Made by a program: the position numbers and the translations under genes. DNA of 64,000 nucleotides, from NCBI GenBank assembly GCA_965221775.1, contig CBDCSU010000004.1, forward strand, positions 864,001 to 928,000, read 5' to 3'. This DNA comes from Candidatus Latescibacterota bacterium (GTDB lineage Bacteria > Latescibacterota > UBA2968 > UBA8231). Shown here piece by piece: positions 38,243 to 47,318 of the stretch; positions within the stretch are counted from its first letter, which is position 1; each line of letters starts with the position of its first letter. The notes under the pieces were generated by a model. It worked only from the letters and a program-made list of their open reading frames with translations. It was not told the DNA's origin and ran no database searches.

Positions 38243-40113
38243 CGCGCCCGGGCCCATTCCCGGGCTCTCGCCTTCAGCGCCTCCGCCTCACGAGCCCGGC
38301 CCATCCGCGACAGGACCTGCGCCGCCAGCCGGTACGGTCCGGTGCGCACGGGGTCGATCTCCAGGGCTCGAAGGGCATACCTGAGGGACTCTTCCAACTC
38401 GTTCATACGAAACAACATGAGACTCACGTTGTAATTCATCGACTGAGATCCCGGGGCGGCCTCGGCGGCGCGCCGGTAAGCCGCCTCGGCCATCTCTCGC
38501 TCCGCCGCCGCCCGGTGGCGTTCCCCCGACATGAACCAGCCGTTGGCCACCAGCTTGCGCACCCACGGGTCCGGCGAGTCGAGGAGGGCGGGATCCGCCC
38601 CTTCCAGCCAGACCGCGGGATCGGCGGAGGTGTCCGGGCCGCTGCCGCCGCGGCCGCGGACGGCGAGATAGCTCAGGCCCCGGGGCTCGAACCGGAACCC
38701 CTCGGGCGGGCGCCGCGCCACCAGGAAGTGCACGGGCCTTTCGGAGTTCATCCAGGCCCGCTCCCGGCGCCGGCGCCGCGGCGCCCCCTCCCGGCCGCCG
38801 GCGGCGGTGGGATCGCCGCGGCCGAGGCGGTTGGCGATGGTCACGTCCGGGCGCACGCCCTCCACCCGCTGCAGGTAGTCCACCAGGAAGCTGGCGTCGT
38901 CCCCCTCGGTGACCAGCACCGCCCGGGGAGGCAGCTCCTCGAGCAGCCGGCGCCCGTAGAGGTCCGGGAACCAGGCGCCGCTGCGGTCGGCCTCCCCGAG
39001 GTTGGCGGCGAGGGGGACGGCGGCGCAGGCGAGGGCCGCCGCCGGCGCCAGGTTGCGGAGCCGGCCCCGCAGCCGCCGCACCAGGTCGTCGAGGCCGAAG
39101 CCGGCCAGGGCGGCGGCGCACAGCACCGCCAGCAGGAAGAACACGTCCAGCCCCTGGGGGTTGCGGTGGTAGCCCAGGGCGGTGACCAGGTTGAGAACCG
39201 CCGCCGCCAGCAGCACCCGCGCCAGGACCGGGTCGCGGCGCCAGGCCGCCACCGCCCCCCAGGCGAGGAGGGGCAGGAACAGGGGCGTCCACTCCCCCGC
39301 CAGCTGCTCCCCCAGGCGCCGGGCGTTGATCGCCGCGGCCCCCCAGGGCAGGCTGAAGAAGGAGCCGCGGTAGGTGGCGCCGGTGAGGTGCTCCCACAGC
39401 GCCGGCAGCGAGTCCAGGGGGCCCCAGTGGAAACCGGCGCCGAGGCCGTTGCGCACCGGCAGGTAGATCCACGCGCTCACCCCGGCCAGCCCGCCGGGGA
39501 CCAACCAGGCCGCCTCGCGCAGCCGCTCCCGCGGGCCCCGCCGCACGGAGGCATGGTCGGCCCCCAGGGCGGCGAGCAGCACCGGCGGCACCAGCAGCAC
39601 CGCCTGCAGGTGACAGGTGGCGGCGAGGCCGGCGGCGTAGCCGGTCAGCAGCAGCCAGCGGGGGCGGTCGGCGGGAGGGCGGGACCGCGCCCTGAGCCCG
39701 GCGCCGAGGAGGACCACCGCGGCCAGGACGAAGAGGCCGTAGACCTCGGCGATCACCGCCTGGCTCCAGTAGGTCCGGCTCCAGGCCAGGGCCAGCCCCG
39801 CCGCCGCGGCCGCCGCCCAGCCGCAGCCGCGCGCCTGCAGGAGGAGGGCCAGGGAGCCGGCGGCGGCCGCCGCCAGCAGGCAGGTGGCGGCGTTCACCGC
39901 CCGCGCCGGCGAGGCCCCCGGATCGAGCCAGGAGAGCACCTTCGCCAGGAGCACGTACAGGGGATACCCGGTCGGGTGCGGCGTCCCCAGGCCCCAGACG
40001 GCGCCGATCAGTTCCCCCGAGCCCTCGACGTAGACCGAGGGGCAGAGGGTCAGCAGGTAGCTGATGGCGGCGAGGCCGAAGACGGCGGCGGCGGCCAGGC
40101 GGGTCCGGTCCAC
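38239..40113 (-). CDS. DUF2723 / TMEM260-like GT-C glycosyltransferase with C-terminal TPR
   Basis: YLLTLCPSVYVEGSGEL....GLGTPHPTGYPLY, TYWSQAVIAEVY, YLPVR and GDDASF..YLQ.VEGVRPDV. Many TM helices and TPR-like C-terminal helices. Confidence 0.85.
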   Translation of the reverse strand: MDRTRLAAAAVFGLAAISYLLTLCPSVYVEGSGELIGAVWGLGTPHPTGYPLYVLLAKVLSWLDPGASPARAVNAATCLLAAAAAGSLALLLQARGCGWAAAAAAGLALAWSRTYWSQAVIAEVYGLFVLAAVVLLGAGLRARSRPPADRPRWLLLTGYAAGLAATCHLQAVLLVPPVLLAALGADHASVRRGPRERLREAAWLVPGGLAGVSAWIYLPVRNGLGAGFHWGPLDSLPALWEHLTGATYRGSFFSLPWGAAAINARRLGEQLAGEWTPLFLPLLAWGAVAAWRRDPVLARVLLAAAVLNLVTALGYHRNPQGLDVFFLLAVLCAAALAGFGLDDLVRRLRGRLRNLAPAAALACAAVPLAANLGEADRSGAWFPDLYGRRLLEELPPRAVLVTEGDDASFLVDYLQRVEGVRPDVTIANRLGRGDPTAAGGREGAPRRRRRERAWMNSERPVHFLVARRPPEGFRFEPRGLSYLAVRGRGGSGPDTSADPAVWLEGADPALLDSPDPWVRKLVANGWFMSGERHRAAAEREMAEAAYRRAAEAAPGSQSMNYNVSLMLFRMNELEESLRYALRALEIDPVRTGPYRLAAQVLSRMGRAREAEALKARAREWARAR

Positions 40114-40115
40114 GG

Positions 40116-42608
40116 CTACCCGGCCAGCACCGCCAGCAGCCGCATGCGCTCCAGGCACTGCGCCCACAGGGCCGTCTCCCGGGCGAGGCCGTAGAGCACG
40201 ACGACGGCCGCCACCTGCACGGCCGCGTGCACCGGCGGCATGGCGCCCCGGACCTCCAGCCCCTCCGCCGGCGGCGGCCAGCGCCAGCGCCGAGCCCGCC
40301 ACAGGGCGGCTATCCAGAGGAGGGCGGCCCCGGCGGAGATACCCGTCCCCCACGCCAGCGAGGCCGGCCGGTAGCGGAAGGAGACAAGGCGGTCCGCGGC
40401 CGTCACCGGCACCGCCCGGAAGGCGTGGTTCGCCTTCAGGATCTCCCGCTGCTGCCCGTCGACCCGCGCCTCCCACCCCGGCGCGTAGCTGTCCGCCAGC
40501 ACCAGGAACCCGTCCCGCCCGGGCAGCTCCACGTCGACCGCCGTCGACTCGTAGCGGGTGATGCGGGCCGGAGCGTACCCGGCTCCCGGACCCGGGGTTG
40601 TCCCCGGAGGCCGGTCGAGGAGGACCTGCCGCCCCGCATCGAACCCGGGGGAGCGCAGCCGCGCCAGGCGCCGGCGGGGGTCGGGCTCGACCACGGCCTC
40701 GGCCGCGACCCAGGCCCTGGGCAGGGCCGCCCGGTTGCGGTAGACCCGCTCCTGCCCCGCGTGCAGCAACTCCAGATCCGGCCACGACAGGGCCCGGTGG
40801 CTGACCACGTACCCGGCGTTGGCCAGGTCCAGCCGGGCGGGATAGGCCCTGACCAGCTCCCAGTGTCGGCGCGGGTGCAGGGGGCTCCACCCCGGCAGGG
40901 TGTTGGCCAGGCCGAAGAGACCCGCCGAGTACATGCGCAGGGTCCCGGGGTAGCGCTCGTACGAGGAGAGGTCGTGGACCCAGCCGCCGTGCCAGTCGTA
41001 GGGCGAGTTGCGCTCCGCCACGAGGCTCGCCACGCGCACCAGCCCCGGCACCGGTACCCCCGGAGCGGCCCCGGGACGCCAGCGGCCGGCGTCGGCCAGG
41101 ATCGCCGCCGCCGCCGGCGGAACGCGCTCGTAGACCTCCGGCGGCAGGACCCCGTTGAAGGGCCGTCCGAAGTCGTGCAGCTCCACCAGGCAGAGGGCGG
41201 CCATGGCCCCGGCCAGGGCCCGCGGGCCGAGGCGGCGCCGGACCGGTCCGCAGGTGAGCACGGCCATGGCGAGCAGGACCGGGCCCAGGCGCCACAGGTC
41301 GGCGGCCAGGTCGGCGCGGTAGCGCTCGACCAGCAGCTCCCTGCCCGGGGGGAGGGCCGCCTCGCCCCAGAGGACGGAGCGGTTGACCAGGGCCGCGAGC
41401 CCGGCGGCGAGGGCGAGGAGGACGCAGACCCGCACCCAGGAGGTCCGCAACGGCCGGCCGGCGGCGAGGCGGTGGACCCCGAGGCCGGCGAGGACGGCAC
41501 CGCCGAAGGCCCACCACAGCAGGAAGCGGGTGGGGATGCGCAACTGCCGCAGGAAGGGGACCTCGTGAAGGGCGTGGAACAGCCCCGAGTAGTGGCCCAG
41601 GGAGAGGACCAGGCCGAGGACGGCGAGGAGGGCGAAGAAGCCCCGTGCCGGGGACTCCGCCTCGCGCGCGCCGATCAGCGCCAGCACCACAGCGGCGGCG
41701 CCGATGTAGGGGCAGAGCTGGATGAAGAAGCCCGCCTCCCGGCCCCAGTAGGACCCCGTCGCCGAGTTGCCGAAGAAGTCCGGGAGCAGCAGGCAGATCA
41801 GACGCTCCGGGGGCAGGGACATGTTGACGAACTGCTCGTACCCGAGGCCGCCGCCGCGGCCGGACTCGGCGGCCAGCTCCCACGTCGGCAGCAGCTGCAC
41901 CGCCGCCATCGCCGCCCCGGGCACGGCCAGCAGCGCCGCCCAGGCCGCCTGCCGGCGCCCCAGCTGCCAGGCGCGCAGCGCCCCGTAGGCGGCGGCCGCC
42001 GCGGCGCCGTAGAGGGCCGCCTGCGGGTGGCCGGCCAGCAGCTGCAGGGCCGCCGCGCCCCCGGCCAGGACGACGCGCACCGGCCGCCCGCGGGCCAGAC
42101 CGGTCTCCAGGAGCCAGAACAGCACCGGCAGCAGGGCCGCGGCGGCGACGAAGTTCGGCGACATGGCGCGCACCACGAGGTAGCCGCCGAGGCCGTAGGT
42201 CAGCCCCCCGGTGAGCGCCGCCAGGCGGCCGCAGCCGAGGGCGCGCAGGAAGCCCCAGGTGGCGGCGGCGGCGAGCCACAGGTGGCCGAGGACCGACCAG
42301 GTCACGGCCGCCGCCGGCGGCAGCGGGGCCAGCAGCCAGTTGGGCGGGTACAGGGCCCCCACCTGGCCCTCGGCGAAGAGCGGGAACCCGCAGCTGACGG
42401 CCGGCTCCCACAGCGGCAGCCGGCCTTCGGCGAGGGCCTCGTGCAGGAAGTGGCGCCAGGGGACGTTCTGCACCATCACGTCCTGCACGAAGAACACGCC
42501 GCCCTGCAGGACGCCGGGGAAGAGGCAGGCCACGGCCAGGGCGAGACCCGCCAGGCAGGCGGGGCCGGCGAGCCGGTCAGCGGGGATGGGAAGGGTCCGA
42601 GAGGCCAT
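40116..42608 (-). CDS. YfhO-family membrane protein (GT-C-like)
   Basis: G.LPLWEP...CGFPLFA..Q...LYP, LLAGHPQ, AVQLLPT.E...S.R, LRIPTRF, YRN..ALPRAW, LVLADSYAPGW.A.VDG and ANHAFRAV. Confidence 0.88.
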   Translation of the reverse strand: MASRTLPIPADRLAGPACLAGLALAVACLFPGVLQGGVFFVQDVMVQNVPWRHFLHEALAEGRLPLWEPAVSCGFPLFAEGQVGALYPPNWLLAPLPPAAAVTWSVLGHLWLAAAATWGFLRALGCGRLAALTGGLTYGLGGYLVVRAMSPNFVAAAALLPVLFWLLETGLARGRPVRVVLAGGAAALQLLAGHPQAALYGAAAAAAYGALRAWQLGRRQAAWAALLAVPGAAMAAVQLLPTWELAAESGRGGGLGYEQFVNMSLPPERLICLLLPDFFGNSATGSYWGREAGFFIQLCPYIGAAAVVLALIGAREAESPARGFFALLAVLGLVLSLGHYSGLFHALHEVPFLRQLRIPTRFLLWWAFGGAVLAGLGVHRLAAGRPLRTSWVRVCVLLALAAGLAALVNRSVLWGEAALPPGRELLVERYRADLAADLWRLGPVLLAMAVLTCGPVRRRLGPRALAGAMAALCLVELHDFGRPFNGVLPPEVYERVPPAAAAILADAGRWRPGAAPGVPVPGLVRVASLVAERNSPYDWHGGWVHDLSSYERYPGTLRMYSAGLFGLANTLPGWSPLHPRRHWELVRAYPARLDLANAGYVVSHRALSWPDLELLHAGQERVYRNRAALPRAWVAAEAVVEPDPRRRLARLRSPGFDAGRQVLLDRPPGTTPGPGAGYAPARITRYESTAVDVELPGRDGFLVLADSYAPGWEARVDGQQREILKANHAFRAVPVTAADRLVSFRYRPASLAWGTGISAGAALLWIAALWRARRWRWPPPAEGLEVRGAMPPVHAAVQVAAVVVLYGLARETALWAQCLERMRLLAVLAG

Positions 42609-42656
42609 GTGGCGCATCGCTCTTGCGAGGCTCGCCGCGTCGTGGAGGGGCCTCCC

Positions 42657-42685
42657 AAGCTATCTCCGGGGGCCGCAGAGGTCAA
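42657..42685 (-). promoter_or_regulatory. Sigma70 promoter for the leftward YfhO operon
   Basis: TTGACC-N17-TAGCTT. Confidence 0.68.
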
Positions 42686-42693
42686 TCGGAGAT

Positions 42694-42722
42694 TTGCCGT
42701 AACCTCAAGTCCGGCCTACATT
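42694..42722 (+). promoter_or_regulatory. Sigma70 promoter for the rightward epimerase/heptose operon
   Basis: TTGCCG-N17-TACATT, back-to-back with the leftward promoter. Confidence 0.65.
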
Positions 42723-42767
42723 TGGAGCCTTTCGGAAGAACCCCCTGGATCCCCCGGAAGCCGGAAC

Positions 42768-43910
42768 ATGGAGAGAATCCTGGTCACCGGAGGCGCCGGC
42801 TTCATCGGCTCCCACACCGTCGACCTGCTCCTCGAGCGCGGCTACGAGGTCCGCGTCTTCGACGCCCTGCAGGAACGCGTCCATCCCAAGGGCTGGCCGG
42901 ACTACCTGCCGGCCGAGGTCGACCGGGTCCGCGGCGACGTGCGCGACGCCGGCGCTCTCCGGCGGGCCCTGGAGGGCGTCGACGGCGTCATCCACCTGGC
43001 GGCCTACCAGGACTACATGCCCGACTTCAGCACCTACTTCGCCGTCAACACGGTGGGCACGGCGCTGCTCTTCGAGATCGCCGTCTCCCGGCGCCTGCCG
43101 CTGCGCAAGGTCGTGCTGGCCTCCTCCCAGGCCGTGTACGGGGAGGGGAGCTACCGCTGCGCCCGGTGCGGGACGGTCCACCCCCCGGCCCGGTCGCGGG
43201 ACCAGCTTTCCCGGGGCGACTGGGAGGTCCGCTGCCCCTCCTGCGGCGGCCCCGCCGAGCCCCTGACCCTGACCGAGGACCTGCCCCTCCACCCGCACAC
43301 GGCGTACGGCATCTCCAAGTACTCCCTGGAGATGGCGGCCCTGAACCTGGGCCGGCGCTACGGCATCCCGGTGACCAACATGCGCTACTCCATCGTCCAG
43401 GGGCCGCGCAACTCCTTCTACAACGCCTACAGCGGCGTCGCCCGGATCTTCACCCTGCAGCTGCTCCACGACCAGGCCCCGGTGATCTATGAGGACGGCC
43501 GCCAGCGGCGGGACTACGTCCACGTGGAGGACGTGGCCCGCGCCAACCTGCTCGCCCTCGAGGACGACCGCACCGACTTCACCAACCTGAACGTCCCCGG
43601 CCGGGGGGCCACCACCGTGGTCGAGGTGGCGCGGATGCTGTCCGCCATCTGCGGCAAGGAGGGCCTCGAGCCCGAGATCACCGGCGAGTACCGCCTGGGC
43701 GACGCCCGCCACACGGTCTCCTCGGGGGAGCGCATCGGCGGCCTCGGGTGGCGCCCGGGAGCCGCGCCCGAGGAGTTCCTGCGCGATTACGTGGAATGGG
43801 TGCGCGAACAGCCGGACTTGGGCGAGTTCTACGCGCGCAGCCGCAGGAACATGCGCGCCGCCGGCGTCATCAACCGGTCCTCGCCCCCCGGGGCGGAGCA
43901 GGCGGCGTGA
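42768..43910 (+). CDS. NAD-dependent nucleotide-sugar epimerase/dehydratase with CxxC...CxxC insert
   Basis: ILVTGGAGFIGSH, HLAA, SSQAVYG, YGISK and EDGRQRRDYVHVEDVARAN. Insert carries CARCG...CPSCG. Confidence 0.92.
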   Translation: MERILVTGGAGFIGSHTVDLLLERGYEVRVFDALQERVHPKGWPDYLPAEVDRVRGDVRDAGALRRALEGVDGVIHLAAYQDYMPDFSTYFAVNTVGTALLFEIAVSRRLPLRKVVLASSQAVYGEGSYRCARCGTVHPPARSRDQLSRGDWEVRCPSCGGPAEPLTLTEDLPLHPHTAYGISKYSLEMAALNLGRRYGIPVTNMRYSIVQGPRNSFYNAYSGVARIFTLQLLHDQAPVIYEDGRQRRDYVHVEDVARANLLALEDDRTDFTNLNVPGRGATTVVEVARMLSAICGKEGLEPEITGEYRLGDARHTVSSGERIGGLGWRPGAAPEEFLRDYVEWVREQPDLGEFYARSRRNMRAAGVINRSSPPGAEQAA

Positions 43911-44899
43911 TCACCACGCGGGCGCCCCTGAGGATCCCCCTCGGCGGGGGCGGCACCGACCTGCCCTCCTACGCCGGCCGCCACGGCGGCTTCATCCTCT
44001 CCGCCGCCATCGACAAGTACGTATACATCCAGCTCAACGCCCTCCAGGTGGAGGACTTCGTGCGCGTCAAGTACTCCCGCACCGAGCGCGTCGACGATGT
44101 CGCCGACCTGGAGCACCCGCTGCTGCGCGAGTCCCTCCTGCACCTCGGCATCGACGGCGGCCTCGAGATCGGCGCCATGGCCGACGTGCCGGGGCGCACC
44201 GGCCTGGGCTCCTCCGGGGCGTTCACCGTGGCCCTCCTGGCGGCCCTGCGCCAGTTCGCGGGGCGGCCGCTGCCGCGGGCCCACCTGGCCGACGAGGCCC
44301 ACCACGTGGAGACGGCGCGCGCCGGCCAGCCGGCGGGCAAGCACGACCACTACCTGGCCGCCTTCGGGGGCCTCACCTGCCTCGACATCGGCACCGGGGG
44401 CCGCGTGTCGGTGAGCGGCCCCCGCGTCTCCGGCCAGACCCTGGGCCAGCTTCGGGACCGCCTCGTCCTGCTCTACACCGGCATCCAGCGCGAGAGCTTC
44501 GACATCCTCTCCCAGCAGGAGGAGGAGACGCGCGCCGGCAAGGCCTCCGTCGTCGACGGCCTGCACGAGATCAAGGCCCTCGGCCTGCGCATCCGCGACG
44601 CCCTGGAGGTCGGCGACCTCGACCGCTTCGGCGAGCTGCTGCACACCCACTGGGAGACCAAGAAGAGGCGCTCGACGAAGATGTCGAACCCCGAGATCGA
44701 CCGCTGGTACGACGAGGCGAGGCGCGCCGGCGCCCTCGGGGGCAAGCTGATGGGGGCCGGCGGCGGCGGCTTCCTGATGTTCTATACTCCCCCCGGGGCC
44801 CGCGAGGCCCTGCGGCGGCGGATGCGGGAGGAGGGCCTGCGCGAGATGGGCTTCCGCTTCGACACCGAAGGCGCCAAGGTGCTGACCAACACCGGGTGA
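43907..44899 (+). CDS. hddA: GHMP sugar kinase, D-glycero-D-manno-heptose 7-phosphate kinase-like
   Basis: TRAPLRIPLGGGGTD, SAAIDKY, DVPGRTGLGSSG, GKHDHYLAAFGG and GGKLMGAGGGGF. Confidence 0.85.
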   Translation: MITTRAPLRIPLGGGGTDLPSYAGRHGGFILSAAIDKYVYIQLNALQVEDFVRVKYSRTERVDDVADLEHPLLRESLLHLGIDGGLEIGAMADVPGRTGLGSSGAFTVALLAALRQFAGRPLPRAHLADEAHHVETARAGQPAGKHDHYLAAFGGLTCLDIGTGGRVSVSGPRVSGQTLGQLRDRLVLLYTGIQRESFDILSQQEEETRAGKASVVDGLHEIKALGLRIRDALEVGDLDRFGELLHTHWETKKRRSTKMSNPEIDRWYDEARRAGALGGKLMGAGGGGFLMFYTPPGAREALRRRMREEGLREMGFRFDTEGAKVLTNTG

Positions 44900-44900
44900 C

Positions 44901-45500
44901 ATGAGCAACAGGGACTACATCGACGCCTACCTCGCCCGCATGGGCGCCATCCTCGACGACCTGCCGCGGCCGCAGATCGACGCCGCCATCGACCTCCTCT
45001 TCGAGGCCTGGGGCTCGGGGAAGGCGGTCTACCTGGCCGGCAACGGCGGCTCCGCGTCGACGGCGAGCCACTTCGCCTGCGACCTCGCCAAGTGGACCTT
45101 GTGCGAGGGCAAGCCGCGCTTCCGGGTCCTGGCCCTGACCGACAACATGCCCCTCTTCAGCGCCCTGATGAACGACGAGGGCCCGGACTCGGTCTACGCC
45201 GGGCAGGTCGAGGCCTGGATCGGCGAAGGCGACGTGCTCGTCCTGATCAGCGTCCACGGCGGCTCCGGCGAGGGCAACGCCGGCGCCTGGTCGGGGAATC
45301 TGCTGAAGGCCCTGCAGGTCGCCAGGGACCGCGGCGCCCGGACCCTGGGCTTGAGCGGCTTCGACGGCGGCGCCCTGAAGCGGCTCGCCGACGTCTGCAT
45401 CGTCGTGCCCGTCGACTCCACGCCGCAGGTGGAGTCCTTCCACCTCGCCCTGCAGCACCTCATCTGTGACCGCCTGCGGCAGCGCATCGCCGCCGCCTGA
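44901..45500 (+). CDS. gmhA: Sedoheptulose-7-phosphate isomerase (SIS domain)
   Basis: AGNGGSASTASHFACDL, SALMND, GDVLVLISVHG, GLSGFDGG and QVESFHL. Confidence 0.85.
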   Translation: MSNRDYIDAYLARMGAILDDLPRPQIDAAIDLLFEAWGSGKAVYLAGNGGSASTASHFACDLAKWTLCEGKPRFRVLALTDNMPLFSALMNDEGPDSVYAGQVEAWIGEGDVLVLISVHGGSGEGNAGAWSGNLLKALQVARDRGARTLGLSGFDGGALKRLADVCIVVPVDSTPQVESFHLALQHLICDRLRQRIAAA

Positions 45501-45513
45501 CCACGGAGGCAGC

Positions 45514-46179
45514 ATGGAGCTCTTCATCGACAGCGCCGACCTGGAGGAGGTCCGCCAGGCCGCCGCCCTGGGGGTGATCTCCGGGTGCACGACCAACCCC
45601 AAGCTGGCCGCCGCCGCCGAGCCCGGCAGCATGCGCCGGCGCGTGCAGGAGATCCTCGCCTGCGTCGACGGCCCGGTGAGCGTGGAGGTGGTGGCCGAGA
45701 GCGTCGACGGCATGCTCGACGAGGCCGCGGAGTACGCCGCCTGGGACGCGCGCGTCGTCGTCAAGATCCCCATGTCGATGGAGGGCCTGCGGGCGGTGCA
45801 CGTCCTCGAGCGCGAGCGCGACGTCCGGGTCAACGTGACCTGCATGATGAACTCCAGCCAGGCGGCCCTGGCGATGATGGCGGGAGCCAGCTACGTGAGC
45901 CTCTTCATCGGCCGCATCACCGACCTCGGCAACGACGCCGACGCCGCCATCGCCGAGACCGCCCGGTTCATCGAGCACGGCCGCTTCAAGGCGCGCATCA
46001 TCGCCGGCAGCATGCGCTCGGTGGGCGACATCCAGCGCTCCTTCCTCGCCGGCGCCCACATCGTCACCACCCCCTACCGGTTCCTGCCGGCCATGGTCCA
46101 CCACCCGCGCACGGTGGAGACGATCGACGAGTTCAAGGCCGCCTGGGACGAGGCCCGCGGGCGGGGCGGCCTCGAGTGA
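45514..46179 (+). CDS. tal: Transaldolase (TalC/FSA-type short family)
   Basis: LFIDSA, GCTTNP, PVSVEV, VVKIP, VNVT and YVSLFIGRI.D. The Glu (SVEV) and Phe (SLF) positions favour transaldolase over FSA. Confidence 0.88.
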   Translation: MELFIDSADLEEVRQAAALGVISGCTTNPKLAAAAEPGSMRRRVQEILACVDGPVSVEVVAESVDGMLDEAAEYAAWDARVVVKIPMSMEGLRAVHVLERERDVRVNVTCMMNSSQAALAMMAGASYVSLFIGRITDLGNDADAAIAETARFIEHGRFKARIIAGSMRSVGDIQRSFLAGAHIVTTPYRFLPAMVHHPRTVETIDEFKAAWDEARGRGGLE

Positions 46180-47027
46180 CGGAGACGGCCCTCGATCTCG
46201 GGGGCGTCGAGGTCCGGCCGCTGCTCGGCGGGCGCATGCGCCTCGACGGCGGCGCCATGTTCGGCGTCGTGCCCCGGCCCCTGTGGGAGCGCGCCTGCCC
46301 CCCCGACGGCCGCCACCGCATCGACAACCCCTGCCGCTGCCTGCTGGTGCGCTGCCGCGGCGCCCTGGTCCTGGTCGACACCGGCTGCGGCGACCGCTTC
46401 GACGAGCGCTCGCGCGAGATCTTCGCCGTCGACCCGGAGGTCACCCTCCCGGGAGCGCTGCGCGAGGCCGGCGTCGCCCCGGGCGAGATCACCCACGTGG
46501 TGCTCACCCACCTGCACTTCGACCACGCCGCCGGCGCCCTGGTCCTGCGCGGCGGCGGCCTCCAGCCCGTCTTCCCCGGGGCCGTGCACGTGGTTCAGCG
46601 CGGCGAGTGGGAGGACGCCCGCGAGGGCGTCTCCATCATGCGCTCCAGCTATGCGCCCGACGACCTGGAGGCCCTGGCCGGCCTGCGCTGGCAGCTCACC
46701 GAGGGCGACGGCCCGGTCCTGCCGCAAGTCTCGGTGCAGGCCACGGGAGGCCACACCGGTCACCACCAGGCCGTCTGGGTGCACGGGTACGACCGCAGCC
46801 TCGTCTTCCCCGGCGACGTGCTGCCGTCGCGCCACCACCTGAGCCCGTACTGGATCATGGCCTACGACATGTTCCCCCACGATACCCTCGTGGTGAAGCA
46901 GGCCCTGGCGCGGCAGGTGCACGAGGAGGGCTGCGTCATCGCCTGGGACCACGACCCCGAGGGCCCTTTCAGCCGCCTGGTCCGAGGCGAACGGGGCGAG
47001 TACCGCGCCGCGGCCCCGGAGGGCTGA
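46176..47027 (+). CDS. MBL-fold hydrolase (YtnP/AHL-lactonase-like)
   Basis: LDGGAMFGVVPRPLW, LVDTG.G, THLHFDHAAG, GGHT.HHQ, MAYD.FP and WDHDP. Confidence 0.9.
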   Translation: MTETALDLGGVEVRPLLGGRMRLDGGAMFGVVPRPLWERACPPDGRHRIDNPCRCLLVRCRGALVLVDTGCGDRFDERSREIFAVDPEVTLPGALREAGVAPGEITHVVLTHLHFDHAAGALVLRGGGLQPVFPGAVHVVQRGEWEDAREGVSIMRSSYAPDDLEALAGLRWQLTEGDGPVLPQVSVQATGGHTGHHQAVWVHGYDRSLVFPGDVLPSRHHLSPYWIMAYDMFPHDTLVVKQALARQVHEEGCVIAWDHDPEGPFSRLVRGERGEYRAAAPEG

Positions 47028-47081
47028 GGCGTCCGGCGCGCCGATAGCGGCCTGCCGCGGCACCGACTATACTGCTGCTCC

Positions 47082-47318
47082 ATGTCTCTCGAAGTCATCG
47101 AGTTGTCCGACAAGCACCGCCGCCTCCTCGACCGCCTGGGCGAGCTGATCCCCGATCTGGACCCGCAGCGGCCGCAGAGCCTGCAGCGCATCTTCGGCCT
47201 GGGCCTGATCGCCCTCACCATGCAGATCACCAGCAAGGCGCGTCAGGGCGAGAAGGAGGAGCTGGCCGAGGAACTGGGCACCCTCGCCCGCGACATGGTG
47301 GAGGAGGAGCAGTGGTAG
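47082..47318 (+). CDS. Small hypothetical helical protein
   Basis: 78 aa with strong GC3 bias. TATACT lies 8 nt upstream of the ATG. Overlaps the next gene. Confidence 0.65.
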   Translation: MSLEVIELSDKHRRLLDRLGELIPDLDPQRPQSLQRIFGLGLIALTMQITSKARQGEKEELAEELGTLARDMVEEEQW

